Source: Isurus oxyrinchus (taxonomy: Eukaryota). Taken from it: DNA of 64,000 nucleotides. Each line of letters starts with the position of its first letter. The stretch's first letter is position 1. Position numbers and translations under genes: made by a program. This document shows, one piece after another, positions 13,571-25,842 of the stretch. The stretch lies in NCBI GenBank assembly GCA_026770705.1, contig JANJGN010000024.1:20026001-20090000 (forward strand). Reading direction: 5' to 3'. Below the pieces are notes generated by a model. It saw only the letters and a program-made list of their open reading frames with translations, had not been told where the DNA came from and made no database searches.

Positions 13571-14339
13571 CATTTGTTAACCATGGGTGGTTCAACCTTT
13601 TTACTGAGTCCTTCTTTTTGACTGGTGCTGGTATATAAATTGTATTTATGCAAAGGACAGAGCAGCAACGAACAGGCTGATGGCGCTTTTATGACAGATG
13701 CAGGTGAGCTGAATTCTTGGTGATTGTACCATCACCAAGATGCAGGAAGCTGAGCACAATCCTGTGCATTCGTCACCCCTGAGCCTTCACTGGCCTTTTC
13801 CTCGAAAGAATCTGTGTCTAATATTACTGTTACTTTACTGAAGATGGGGGGGGGGGGGTGGGGGGGCTTAGGTGAATGGAGATTTAGAGGACTAAAGAAC
13901 AAAGTCAAGGCACTAGAAGGGTTTGGCGATTTGGGTAAAAATGAGCATAGTCAGATAGGAAAGGATGGAGAGTTTAATGGTAATAGTTTTTTAAAATTCA
14001 CTTATGGGATGTAAGCTTCACTGGCTGGGCCAGCATTTATTGCCCATCCCTAGTTGCCCTTGAGAAGGTCGTGGTGAGCTGCCTTCTTGAACCACTGCAG
14101 TCCCTGTGGCATAGGTACACCCACAGCGCTGTTAGGGATGGAGTTCCAGGATTTTGACCCAGTAACAGTGAATGAACAGTGATATATTCCCAAGTCAGGA
14201 TGGTGAGTGGCTTGGAGGGGAACTTGCAGGTGGTGGTGTTTCCAAGTCTCTGCTGCCCTTGTCCTTCTAGATGGTAGTGGTTGTGGGTTTGGAAGATGAT
14301 AGTGTATCAGCAAATAAGGCCCATGCAAAGAATAATAGA

Positions 14340-15953
14340 TTTTAAAAAACACCCTTTAGCTGAATGCACAAAGCATTCATAATAGGATAAAATGAACTAG
14401 CGGCACAAATAGAAATAAATTATTTAGATCTAATTACCATTACAGAGACATGGTTACAATGTGACCAAGGTTTAGAAATAAATATTCTATGGTACACAAC
14501 ATTTTAAGAAGACAGACAAAATGGAAGAGGAGGAGGAGTAACCCTGATAATAAAGGATAACATAAGGAGAGTAATGAAAAAGGATCTTGGCTCAGAAGGC
14601 AGATAGGTGGCAGATGAAGTTCAATGTGGAGAAGTGTGAGGTGATACATTTTGGTAGGAAAAACATGGACAGAGAATATAAAATAAGGGGTGAAATTTTG
14701 AAGAGGGTGCAGGAGCAGAAATATTTGGGTGTATATGTGCACAGTCCATAGAAGATGGGAGGACAGCTGAAGAGAGCAGTTAACTAAGCATACAGTATCC
14801 TGGGCTTTATTAATAGGGACATACAGTACAAGAGCAGGGAGGTTATGCTGAATTTATATAAGACACCCATTAGACCTCAGCTGGAATATTGTGTACAGTT
14901 CTGGGCACCATATTATAGGAAGGATGTGAACACATTGGAGAGAGTGCAGAAGAGGTTTACAAGAATGATTCCAGGGATGAGAAACTTCAGCTATGAGGAT
15001 AGACTGGAGAGAAGGCTGAGGAGATTTGATAGAGATGTTCAAAATCATGAGGGGGCTAGACAGAGTACATAGGGAGAAGCTGTTCCTGCTCGTTAAAGGA
15101 TCAAGAACGAGAGGGCACAGTTTTAAAGTGATTTGCAAAAGAAGCAAGTGTGACGTGAGAAAATACTTTTCCACACAACGAGTGGTTCGGGTCAGGAATG
15201 CACTGCCTGGAAGCGTGGTGGAGGCAGGTTCAATCGAGGCATTTAAGAGGACATTGTTTCTATTCAAATAATCATCCAATGTGCAAAGGTGCAGGGAAAA
15301 GGCAGGGAAACGGCACTAGGTCATAATGCTCATTTGGAGAGCCAGTTCTGACATGATGGGCCGAATGGCCTCCTGTGTCATTAAGATTCTGTGATTCTGT
15401 GAGGTTTCAGGAAGTAGAATCAATATGGGAAGGGATTAGGAATAAGAAGGGTCAGTAAACACTGGTATGACTAGTTTATGGCTCATTGCTATACTACTGT
15501 AGTTATACAATTGGACAGAGCATTACACAAAAAATATTTGTAGCTTGTAGCAAAGGCAACGTAACATTCATGGGAGTTTAATCTTCATATTGAGTAGACA
15601 AATCAAATTGTCAAAGTTAGTTTGGAAGAAGTATTTGTGGAATGCTTTCACAACAGTTTCCTGGAACAAACGTCATGGAACCTACTAGGAATAAAACTCT
15701 TTTAGAAGCATAGAAACTAGGAGCAGGAGTAGGCCATTCAGCTCTTTGAGCCTGCTCCACCATTCATTATGATCATGGCTGATTATCCAAAGATCTAGCA
15801 TTGTGCAATGAGGCAGGGTTAATTAGTGATTTCATAGTAAGAGATCTGCTGGGGAGAAAGTGATCATAATACAATTGAATTTCATAGTATGTTTGAGAGT
15901 GACAGACCTCAGTACCAAACAAGAATGTTAAACTTAAACAAAGCCAGCTACAG
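14340..15953 (+). mobile_element. CR1 fragments (endonuclease-region piece interrupted by an RT 3' fragment)
   Basis: ORFs MLNLYKTPIRPQLEYCVQFWAP and IEMFKIMRGLDRV, tail gattctgtgattctgtga at ~15400, flanked by endonuclease-like sequence. Confidence 0.8.
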
Positions 15954-16711
15954 TGTCATGAAGCTATTAATTTATATAATATTATTGGAAAATATTTTTC
16001 TTTTAAAATAGAGGTTTAGTCTGGGTCTTTCTTAATTGGATTAAAGCCAGCTAGTCTGGAGCTTTGATGTGTACTAGTTTTGATACATAAGAGAGATAGA
16101 GTGTATTTGCATTTTTTGAATAGATCATACAAGAAATGGGGTGAAATCTGGCACCTAGCTAGCAGAAACCAAGTAATATGTTTATATTGCTAATAAAATT
16201 GGCATTATGAAAGGGGTTTTATTGTTAGAAGAGACTGATGATACAATGAGAATTTACATTCAATGGGCTGTGCTAGGTATAACAAGACAACTGTTTTGTG
16301 TGTGCAGAGCAGAGGCAATGTGAGATCAAAAGCAGCTGCAAACCTTCAACGGTCTCCACAGGAACCAAAGTAAAAAGAACCTCATTTTGAATTTGTAAGG
16401 TGAAAATGCTTTGCCTGGTGCCTGGCTAAGTCTATGGGTTGTTGTTACCTTAATGGAGATTAGTTTGGGAATTTGTTAAAAGCTATGATAGTAGCAATTT
16501 GTAGCAATGTGTATATATTTTAACCTGTGTAAATTGGTAAAATGTTTCATTTAGTTTAATGTAAAACCTTGAGAACTGACGGTCTGATTCCTGAGATTAG
16601 AGTTGCATCTCAAACATAACACTTAAAAATATAGGTTAAGACAGTTGTTTAAAATTTCCCTCTAGGATTTTAATTAAAAAAATTTGCTTTACCAATTGCT
16701 TGATCATAACA
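15954..16711. mobile_element. Solo LTR (Gypsy/ERV-like)
   Basis: TGTCATGA...TCATAACA inverted termini, 758 bp, interrupting a CR1 fragment. No TSD found. Confidence 0.55.
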
Positions 16712-16789
16712 GCTGGGTGTGTTTTATTAGATAAATAGACCAAGAGGTATTGCAGTAAATAAATAGTGAGAAACATTTAAAGAAACAAT

Positions 16790-16910
16790 GCTGAAAAAGA
16801 GACATGCTGTTGAAGCTTTTTGTCTTGCACTCGTTAGGACAGGTATGCAAGAATACTAATAGTATAGGGAACAACAATTTCTACTGAATGAGAAGAGAGC
16901 ACTGAACTAT
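16790..16910 (-). mobile_element. Penelope-like element terminal fragment with decayed minimal hammerhead
   Basis: Minus strand reads ctgtc-CTAACGA-gtgcaagac-AAAA-agct-TC-aacag, a mutated CUGANGA/GAAA core with palindromic stem III. Confidence 0.5.
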
Positions 16911-16935
16911 TTCCTGCATTACTACTTCTGTCTTT

Positions 16936-17857
16936 TGTGAGGGAATCATTTTTTTAAAAAAATTGTCCATGTGTTTTTGTAAGTTAGCACCTGTGGGGGT
17001 AACCTCTGGTTGACTGGAGATTGTAACATTTAAGGGACAGAATGTACCCAGCCTGGTTACATTGGACCCTTTCTAGGAACAGGGATAGAACCCTGTTAGG
17101 AGATATTTACAGGTCACAGATGAATCCAAGGGGCAAAGTGAACAGCAGCCCATGGGGAACAGAGGAAGAGGAGAGTTGACTCCATGCAGTTGGAGTGCTG
17201 CTATTGACTCCACACTGCTGAGGTAGCTGAAGCTCAGAGAAGCCCTGTTTGCGGGGGAGCGGGTGTTGTTGGGAATGGTGTGTAGTAGTGGTGGCAGTGA
17301 TAGCTCCATGAAGCTGGCTGTTAGGGAAAAGGAAAGCCTATGAGCAGTGTGGTTCTACTCAGAGTAGCTAGAGGGCTGAAATTGTGCTGGTAACTAGATG
17401 CAAGGGTGCAGCCTCGGGAATCCAGTGGGCAGAGTCACGAGACAAGAGATTGAGCAACTGTAAAGCGAGTAGTCATATGAGGCAGTCTGAGTTGGAGCAC
17501 CTTTGGAGGAAAATCAGAGGCTAGATCTTTGAAAGAGAGGAGCTGAAATCCCTCAGGAGGAAGACAGAGTTTTAAAGAATTTTTATGACTCAATAATGCC
17601 TGGGTGGGTTGGTGAGAAAATTTGGGGCGCCTGTCTTGGTTGTGTCTGCCAATTAATGCACAGATTATTGTGTCTACGTTGAGAGTTTGCCTGTCAATTC
17701 ATGTTTACCTCATGTTAATTCTGGATATTAGAGTGTAAAATAGGACATAATGACTGTTGCTTTATTAACTCATGTATATTAAAATTTCTTCTGTTTGTTA
17801 AAGCTATGGAACCTTATGGCATTATTCTCTTAGTGAGTAGTGATCAGGATCATAACA
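16936..17857. mobile_element. Solo LTR with 4-bp TSD
   Basis: TGTGA...ATAACA termini flanked by CTTT on both sides (16932-16935 and 17858-17861). Confidence 0.55.
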
Positions 17858-18796
17858 CTTTCCAATTAGGTGCTTTACCAAGGCTCTATCTATCCTCTCA
17901 GATGGACAATAAAGATCCTATGTGCCATTTTGAAAAGAGCAAAGGAGTTCACCCCACTGTTCTGACCAATACTTATTCTTCAACCAACATCACCAAAATA
18001 AAAAGTGCAGATTATCTGGTCAGCATCACCTTGTAGTTGTGGGAGTGTGCTGTGCACAAATTGGCTGCCACATTTCCCACTTTACAACAGTGACTAAACT
18101 TAAAAAGCAATTCATTGGTTGTAAAGCATTTTGGGTTGCCCCGATATTATGAACGCATCTGTATAAATGTAAGTCTCTCTTTTCTATTACTTCGTAAGAA
18201 ATGTCTTAAATCTATTAAAGGACAAGACCCTCTCAGTGAAAATGGTGCAATTGATAGGACAGTGATAAATTAACATGAGAAATATGGGATTTGGGCTTTG
18301 TCAACAATTTGCACCTGTCTTTTGGCAGTGAATTCATTTATTGGAGCTGACAGAAATCTATAATTTAACAGCATTTACTGGTTTTGGGCCCAAAACCCTC
18401 CTCACAAAGATCAATCAATCTCAGTTTTTAAATTTTCAGCTGACTCCTGCCCCCCAGCTTTTCGGGGAGAGAATTCTAAATTTCCACAACTCTTTTTCAC
18501 TGATCTCCTGCCTAATGCATTTTGTAACTTTTTTTTTGTGTAGTGCCTGGAGATCCAGTTTTTAGCACAGGTGAATTTAATTCGTGGGACTGAAATGGGA
18601 CTTAGACCATCAAACACGTGCTGTTTTATGCCCCTTGAAGGCTTTTCCTGTTCCCAGTGCTATTTGCGAGCATCTAGCACCAGATAGGCAATATACAAAC
18701 ACTATTCCAAAACCAATCCAATCAAATCCTCAGAAATAGATAACATTCTACTTAACTGAGCTCAAAAATAACTCTGTACACTTACACAGGACTAAT

Positions 18797-19258
18797 GCTG
18801 TCAGCTGTAGCTCAGTGAATAGCAGTCTTGCCTCTAACTCAGAAAGAAGGTTTTGGGTTTAAATCTCACTCCAGAACTTGACAAAAATCAAGGCTGACAC
18901 TCACAGTGCAGTACCGAGGGAGTGTGGCACTGTCAGAGGTGCTGTCTTTCAGATGATATGTTGGACCAGAGTCCCTCTCTCAAGTGGATGTAGAAACTTA
19001 GTGGCACTGTTTCAAAGAAGTACAGAAGAGTTTTTTCCCAGATAGACCTGCCCAATATTTATCCCTCAATCAACACAAAAAGAGTATCTGGTCAATGTTA
19101 CACTACAGCTTGTGGGAGCTTGCTGTTGCATGAGTTGATTTCCACCTTTCCTATATTACAACAATGACCACACTTCAGAGGTACTTAATTGGCTGTAAAG
19201 TGCTTTGGGACATCCTGTGGTCATGACAGGTGCTATAGGAATGCAAGTCTTTTTTCTT
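18797..19258 (+). mobile_element. Deu-domain tRNA-derived SINE (SacSINE1/AmnSINE1-like), near full length; other copies ~3345-3620, 12310-12745(-), 17880-18185, 29890-30205, 34735-35160, 45520-45730(-), 53050-53350, 62520-62810(-)
   Basis: tRNA-like head (agctcagt...gggtttaaatc), central gctgacactc..cagtgcagtac.gagggagtg..gcactgtcagaggtgc domain, and an L2-like tail ending aatgcaagtcttt. Confidence 0.75.
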
Positions 19259-20659
19259 TTGAACAAATAGTAATTCTGTATAGTTACACAGTGACCGATC
19301 CTTACCCTGAATTCACAGAAACTCTGTACAGTTACACTGTGAGTAACCCTTACTCTGAACACACAGTGGGTGGAATTCCCCCATCCCTCCTGTGGCAGGT
19401 TTCAAGGCGGGCAGAAGCAGAGAATCCAGCGACAGGCAAAAAGTTGCAAATCCGCGTAAGAAAAGTTTGCAATTCTCCCGATGGTGTGTTCATGGCGGTT
19501 CAGTTATCCAGTTGGCTACTGCCGCGAACACCATTTACATCCATTAACATGTCACGAATGCTCATTAAATCAGCAGCTCGCTAGAATCTTGTCACGCCTC
19601 CCAATCTCGCATCACCCCAGTGGCATTTACTTCGGCCACAAAACCCATTTGAAAAGGGGCGGTATGCATAAGTCAGACTTCAGTTCATTGATAACTTCGA
19701 GGTGAGTGCAATGTACATCGCCTGCCTGCCATAGAGCTGCATTGGTCTTGTTGCGATGAATGCCACCTTGCTGGGGCTGTAGGCTTGGTCTGCGCCTGCT
19801 CTTTGCCCATGCTGTCCTGAGGGACACTGCTGTGCTGTGGTCCTCGTGTAGGCCTCCGCTTTCAGAAACTAGCATTTCAAGCAGGGGCGGGCTGTGAGGG
19901 GAAGGTGAGGCGACGGGAAGCGAAGGCTGTGGAATGGCATTTAGGGGAAGAGTGAACATGAGGGGGGGGGCAACAAGGAGGGAAGGCTGTGGGATGGCAG
20001 TAAGGGTGAACACGAGGGCGGCCTTTCTGGGATTGCCCTCTAACCTCTTGTTGCCTCAGGAGTCTGCTTAGAAAGAAAGGAGGAAGGCCTCCTTACGATG
20101 AAAGCCACTGAAAGCCAATGGCTTCTTTAGCACAGGTAAAGGGCAGCTCAGAACTCAGAGGCTGCACATCACTGTCACTGCAGCTCAAGAGTAACACAGA
20201 GGAATGGTGAATTGGAGAATTTGAGAATTCAGGCAATAGTGAAGGAGGTGCAGCTGTTCATATATGGCATTCCATCAATGAAGGCCTGTCACGTGTTCAC
20301 CAGATGTGATGCTCCTAACGGGCCAAAGGGCAGCCACTCATTGACCATGAGCAACTGATTGGTCATTAATATCACATCAGAGATTGGAGCACAGAGCTAG
20401 ATTGGGTCATTCATCTCACCAACCACTTTAGTATCCCATGCAGGCCTCAAGATTTTACAACTGTGATGCCATCTTGATCGCCTCGATGTGTGTGCTAGAG
20501 TCTCAGGGACAAGGTGGCTTCAGCCACCTTGCAAGTAGGGCAGGAAAAGCTATGGACCTTCACAGTCTCCAAATGTATCATCCTCCGAGCTTTGCTTTCT
20601 TGCCCCTTGAATCATTAATGTCTTCAATGTTTCCTTGCAGAGAGAAGACAAAAGCACAT

Positions 20660-21880
20660 ATGGATCCAGGGCTCAATGCTGCCTTTGTCAGGGTCTGAAT
20701 GCAATAAAGGAGGCAAAGGAGAGAGAGGCGACTCTGCACACAGCTCCAGCAGTCGGGACATGGTTAAGCGGAGGCAGAGCATGAATAGGACTGTTAGGAG
20801 GAGAGACCCAGACAACGGGGGCAACTCACCAGACCGAGGGTTTATTGTAGAAGAGTCTCCTATTTACAAATGAGTGACAGGCAATGCCGTGCATGTCTGC
20901 ACTTGTCCCAAGATCTGGTATATCACATATGCCACATTCTTTGTAAAGACTGATGCCACATAGAATTGGAGGGTATCCCCTGCCAGTGGCTTTGAAGGTG
21001 AGCGCAGTGCTCAATTTCTTTGCCTCTGGTTCTTTCCGAGGATCAACGGGGACCTGTGCAGCATCTCTCAGTCTGCAACACATCGGTGCATAAAGGTGTC
21101 ACAGATCCCTTTACAGGAAGGCCCATCATTATGTCAGGTTTGCTTTGGATGAAGATAGCTAGGCTGCGAGATACACTGGCTTCACTGCCATTTCAGGCTT
21201 CCCAAGAGTGCAGGGTGCAATATACTGCACCCATGTGGCTATACAGGTTCCATGGCAGCAGCCCCTAATGTTTATAAACCACAAGGGCTATCATTCCATC
21301 AATATACAACTGGTGTGTGATCACCTGAAGCACATATTGCACGTTTGTGCACAGTACCCTGGGAGTTGCCATGACTCCTACATCCTGAGTCACTCCCAGG
21401 GGCCTAAGATTTTCAAGGAGCCATTACATCTGCAGGGATGGCTGCCTGGGGATAAGGAGTACCCACTGAAACGCTGGCTGATGACACCAGTTTGTTGCCC
21501 TCAGAGTCATTCCGAGGAGAGGTACAACGCTCTCACAGCTCCACACGCTCCCTTATAGAGCAGACCATAGAGCTTCTGAAGATGCATTGCAGATGCTTGG
21601 ACAGTTCAGGAGGCTCACTCCAATACACTCCCGACAGGATTTCCCGCATCATCGCAGTGTGTTGCACCCATCACAATCTGGATGTGCAAAGAGGTGACCC
21701 CCTGTCTGAGGATGGCCTGGTGGAGGATGAGAACTCATCAGAGGATGAAGTTCCGGAGGCCCTCAGGAACCTCAGGAAGCTGCTGAGAGTCAGTATGTGC
21801 GTGATCATGCCATGGAGGAAGGAAGACATGGGGGACATGCCCGTGATACGTTAATGGCTGACAAGTTCCAGGAAGAGTAA
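20660..21880 (+). pseudogene. Harbinger (HARBI1-like, DDE_Tnp_4) transposase pseudogene
   Basis: Fragments in different frames: LPVALKVSAVLNFFASGSF, GFPRVQGAIYCTHV, FINHKGYHSINIQLVCDH, YPGSCHDSYIL, WLPGDKEYPLKRWLMTP, IEQTIELLKMHCRCLD, CCTHHNL. Frameshifts and stops are present, and the first catalytic Asp is mutated (GAIDxTH to GAIYCTH). Confidence 0.9.
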
Positions 21881-22354
21881 AGTTAAGTGAGGAAATATGG
21901 CCACATCTCTCCTAGGCCTCAATGCCATTTACTTTCATCTCAGGGGATGTCCACCCACTACAGCAAGGACGAGTCCTACATTCACACTTGTGCATTCTGG
22001 CCTCATGGATGACCATGCCATGATCTTTGCTTTGGTCCGTGGGACCTTGTAAGTGAGCTAGCTCTGGGAATTGAGTCCACTTAGGAACAAGATCAATGTG
22101 AGAGAAGACTTGAAGCATTTGCCACCATCTAATGATGCAAACACTGCTGAGGCTGAGATGTAGACGTGCCTAGGGGGTCTCCTCCTCCCGTGCATATCTT
22201 TTCTTCTGCCACTACCACTGAGGAGACACAAATGCTGCTACAATATCAATGCTGATGAGTTGCCCTCACTCAATGGTGTTCCTTGAGGAAGAAGAGTTAG
22301 AAATACTTACATCACACACTTCAAATAAAGATTTAAACACATCTCCCTGACATC

Positions 22355-22742
22355 AATAAGTGTGAGGTGATGCACTGGGGTAGGACAAACAAGGCATGAG
22401 AATACACGATGAATGGTAGGACCCTGGGAAGTACCAAGGATCAGAGGGACCTTGGCATGCTTGTCCACCGGTCCCTTAAGGTAGCAAGACAAGTAGATAA
22501 AGTGGTTAAGAAGGCATATGGGATACTTGCCTTTATTATCCGAGCTTAGAATAAAAGAGCAGGGAGGTTATGCTGAAACTGTATAAAACGCTGGTTAGGA
22601 CACAGCTAGAGTATTGCATCCAGTTCTGATATCCACATTATAGGAAGGATGTGATTACACTAGAGAGAGTGCAGAGGAGATTTACCAGGATGTTGCCTGG
22701 GCTGGAGAGTTTTAGTTATGAGGAGAGATTGGATAGACTGGA
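22355..22742 (+). mobile_element. CR1 LINE fragment nested inside the Harbinger
   Basis: RT C-terminal motifs (KCEVMH, LKLYKTLVRTQLEYCIQF, LERVQRRFTRMLPGL). Confidence 0.85.
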
Positions 22743-22744
22743 AT

Positions 22745-24205
22745 GTCCTGAGAGGAGGCCCCGGGGTTCCGGCTGATGCTCATCCTCCACTGTGGGTGCC
22801 CAAGGCCCCACCCTGATTCCTGCAGGAGGTTCACCTGGAGGGGAGTCAAGTTGCCTCATCCTCATGTCGCTTACATCCTGATGGTGCTCACCAGAATGTG
22901 TGCCCATGGAGTGCAGGGCCGAGTGAAAATCCTGCAAGATCTGCTGGACCATGGTGACCTTGAGGCGCTCACATGTCAGAGCCATTGACATCAGGCAGAA
23001 CATGGACGGACTCCTCCATCGTTCGCTCTCGTCTGCTGAGTGACTGTCGAATCTCTGCCTGATGTTCTGCTGCCTGTTGTATCTCCAACATAGACTTGGC
23101 AGCTGCTTCCAGAGGCTCATCATCTGACTTGGACTGAGCGGGTGGCTGGTCTCCAGCAGCTCTCTGAGTGCTAGAGATCTGGGCTTGCCCCTGGCTCCGA
23201 CTGCTGCGGGACATGTCCCTGAGGTGTTCCCCAGAAAGTGAGCCCGAGCCTAACCTACATCTGTGCCCCACCGACGTGTGTGTCTCTGAGCTGGTGGAGG
23301 GTGTGTGTGAGTGTCATGATGGTTGTTCCGGAGCTTCCTCTTCGGGTGAAGTCTGTGTGCTCACACTGGTGCTGGACTGGCTTGTGGGCCTTGATCTGCT
23401 GGTGCCTGGAAAATAGAAAATAGAGATTCAGCTAATGAGCATGAGCTAGATAAGACTATACATGACTCACTGTGAATGTCGGAATTTAATGAAGTGATGG
23501 AGCTGTAATCCGTACCAGGTTGCTGCGATAGGCCGATCTCCCCTTCCCCACAGGAGCGATCCCTGTCCTTCTTGGCTGCAGCCTCCTCAAAATGTGAGGG
23601 CGATGATATTGGCCGTCCCTCCCCTGGTCTGCGCTCTCTTGTGCCTGTTGTGCGCCAGCTTGGCCTGTATGAAGAAGAACGAAAGGCATATGATGAGAAG
23701 GGATGGAGCAGAGGTTAGGTGAGATGCGTGTCCCCTGTGTGTGGTGAGCCCTCCCTAGAAGGGCCAGAGGATGGAGTGTGAGCAACATGATAGATGGGAT
23801 GATGGTGATGTGAAAGTCTCGGTGAGAGAATGAATGTTGATATGTGTCCCCCGCTAATGGTTGTGTGAGATCCCTGAAGAGAGTAGCAGTTTGAGTGCAT
23901 GGTGCCCTGATGAGAGTTTGATATTGGAGGGTGTTGAAGGATGACTTACCCTGGAGGAGCAGATGAGCTCATTCATCCACTTCCTGCACTGGGTGACATT
24001 TCGGGAACGGTTGTCAGCCACACTGACCTGCTCCATGATGGCCTCCCAGGCCAGTTAGGTGAGGCTGCTGTGCTTCCTGCAGCCACATCCCTGGGATACA
24101 GCACATGCCTTTGCACCTACACCCCTCTGACCAAGGTCCGGAGGTCCTGGTGCATGAAGCAGGGTGCTGCCTTCTCCAGGCGCTCGGCCTTCCTTTTCTG
24201 GCTGC
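22745..24205 (-). pseudogene. Harbinger Myb/SANT-like DNA-binding protein pseudogene (spliced, at least 3 exons)
   Basis: AAPCF... and RNVTQCRKWMNEL...SSR|gtaagt (exon end 23950). Acceptor at 23664 gives AKLAHNRHKRAQTRGG. A third acceptor lies at 23405. This is typical Harbinger ORF2 architecture. The 3' side abuts a nested CR1 fragment. Confidence 0.75.
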
Positions 24206-25185
24206 CAGACTTCCCTGGTGGGCTGGAGAGAGTGAGATTGTGAGTCAGACTGGCCTTTTAATATGGCACCCAGACCTTTGAACCCACCAGCTGACGGTGG
24301 TCACACGAATCAACTCCCAACCTGCCAGGTGATTCGGACTGATAAGCACCTTTGCATAATTAATAAGGCCACTAGCGCAGAATTGGGCGCGAGTTCCTGC
24401 CATTCTGGACAGGGGAATGAGGGCTGCCAAAACCGCTTGCCTCCGCACTTAGTCTCATTTATGGAGAATTCCGCCCTGTAACTCTGTACAGTTTCACAGT
24501 GAGTACCCCTTACCCTGAATACACAGAAACTCTAGTTACAGTGAGTGATATTTACTGTGTTGAATAAATATGCACTGATTCTCCAAAGTATTCATCCACC
24601 ATCCACATATCTGCTGTTCCCCCATCGCCTCCTGTCCTCCATACCACCTTTGATCAGAAAAGCTGAGGAATTATCATGTCCCAAAGAGTATTTGATCATC
24701 CCAGTCTGTCCCTCTACCTAATCTTCTAATCTGATTTCCAGCCTAATAGCTCCTATTGGAAGGAGTTAATTGACTCAACCCTTCTCTGCTTCGACAGGGA
24801 GATTGATCCACAACTGCTGCTCTGTGTGAAATTAATTCTTTTCTGAATTTCAGTTTCTCGCTGGCTACACAATGAAACAGTGAATCGCCATCCAAAGTCC
24901 TTGCCTATCATTCGAAATCCTTGCCTACCATTCGAAATCCTTGTTCATCTTCCCAGATCCTTGCCCATCATTTCAGATCCTGTCCAGTTTCCTTCGCCTT
25001 GAAATCAGTTGAACCCTTCTGTACCTTTTCAAGTTCCCCAAAAGTACTCGCTGACAGTGCAAAAAATACACTGAAGCCCTCAGCATATCCTCTACTGCAC
25101 CGCCCCCACCAGCTCATACACGCAGCATTTACAATAACTTCACTCTGTGCGTAAACCAAATGCAATAATTGGCTCCACACACAGG

Positions 25186-25842
25186 GGGCAGAATTCTGCG
25201 CTCAGCATGCAGGCGCACGCCCGCCATGCTCAATATTCCGACATGCATGATATTTCAGTCAGCAGGCACGCGGGAGAGTCTGCAGCGCGCTCACTGACAA
25301 GCGGCCTGTTAAGGCCATTAAAGTATCAATTAACATGGATTTTTCGCTACCTGTCCAACCTTACGGAATATGCCGGGCGGGTGAATCTGCCAGGCGCCCT
25401 TTGCATTTTTCAGGAAACCTCATCCAAGGGCGGGATGAGGTTCCTGTAATTAAATTTTTTAAAAAATCTATGCATAGAATTTTTATAACATCCACGCATA
25501 GGTGAGTCATTCTGTTGCATGGACACTTTTTCAGGGTTTTAAATTCTGCCTTTATTGATTTTAAACTCTTCAGCTCCCTGAGGCAGCTCTCTGCCTTCAG
25601 GGAGCTTCCCTTCCGCGCTCCCCCCACCCCCACGCCCACGCTGACACCAGCGCCCGCCCTCCTCCCGTCCCCACCCCGGTCAGCGCTGAGCCTCTCGGTG
25701 CGCCTTTCACACTCGCTGCCCGTTAATCGGCCAGCCAGCCAGCGTGAAATCGCGGCCGGAGACGTTCGCGGGTGGCAGCCCTTTCCCCAGCTGCTCCCGG
25801 GCCTGCCAATCGCAGCCGCCCGCCAACCCGAAAATTCTACCC
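25186..25842. mobile_element. Non-autonomous Harbinger-type MITE, CpG-rich (probably young)
   Basis: TIRs GGGCAGAATTCT and (rc) GGGTAGAATTTT, 3-bp flanks AGG/ATG, no convincing coding content. Confidence 0.75.

Larger units (their letters stand above)
19368..24476 (+). mobile_element. PIF/Harbinger DNA transposon, 5.1 kb, decayed two-gene element
   Basis: TIRs GGGTGGAATTCCCCCAT and (reverse complement) GGGCGGAATTCTCCAT. 3-bp TSD AGT/TGT. Convergent DDE transposase and Myb/SANT-like genes inside. Confidence 0.9.
19270..24546 (+). repeat. ~48-bp minisatellite split by the Harbinger (units at 19270-19367 and 24477-24546)
   Basis: The unit aactctgtacagttacacagtgagtaacccttaccctgaatacacag is repeated on both flanks of the element. 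Confidence 0.85.

Noticed and set aside
20660-21880. Domesticated HARBI1 gene
   Set aside because: Multiple frameshifts, a lost catalytic Asp and flanking TIRs/TSD show it is a decayed transposon copy, not a host gene.
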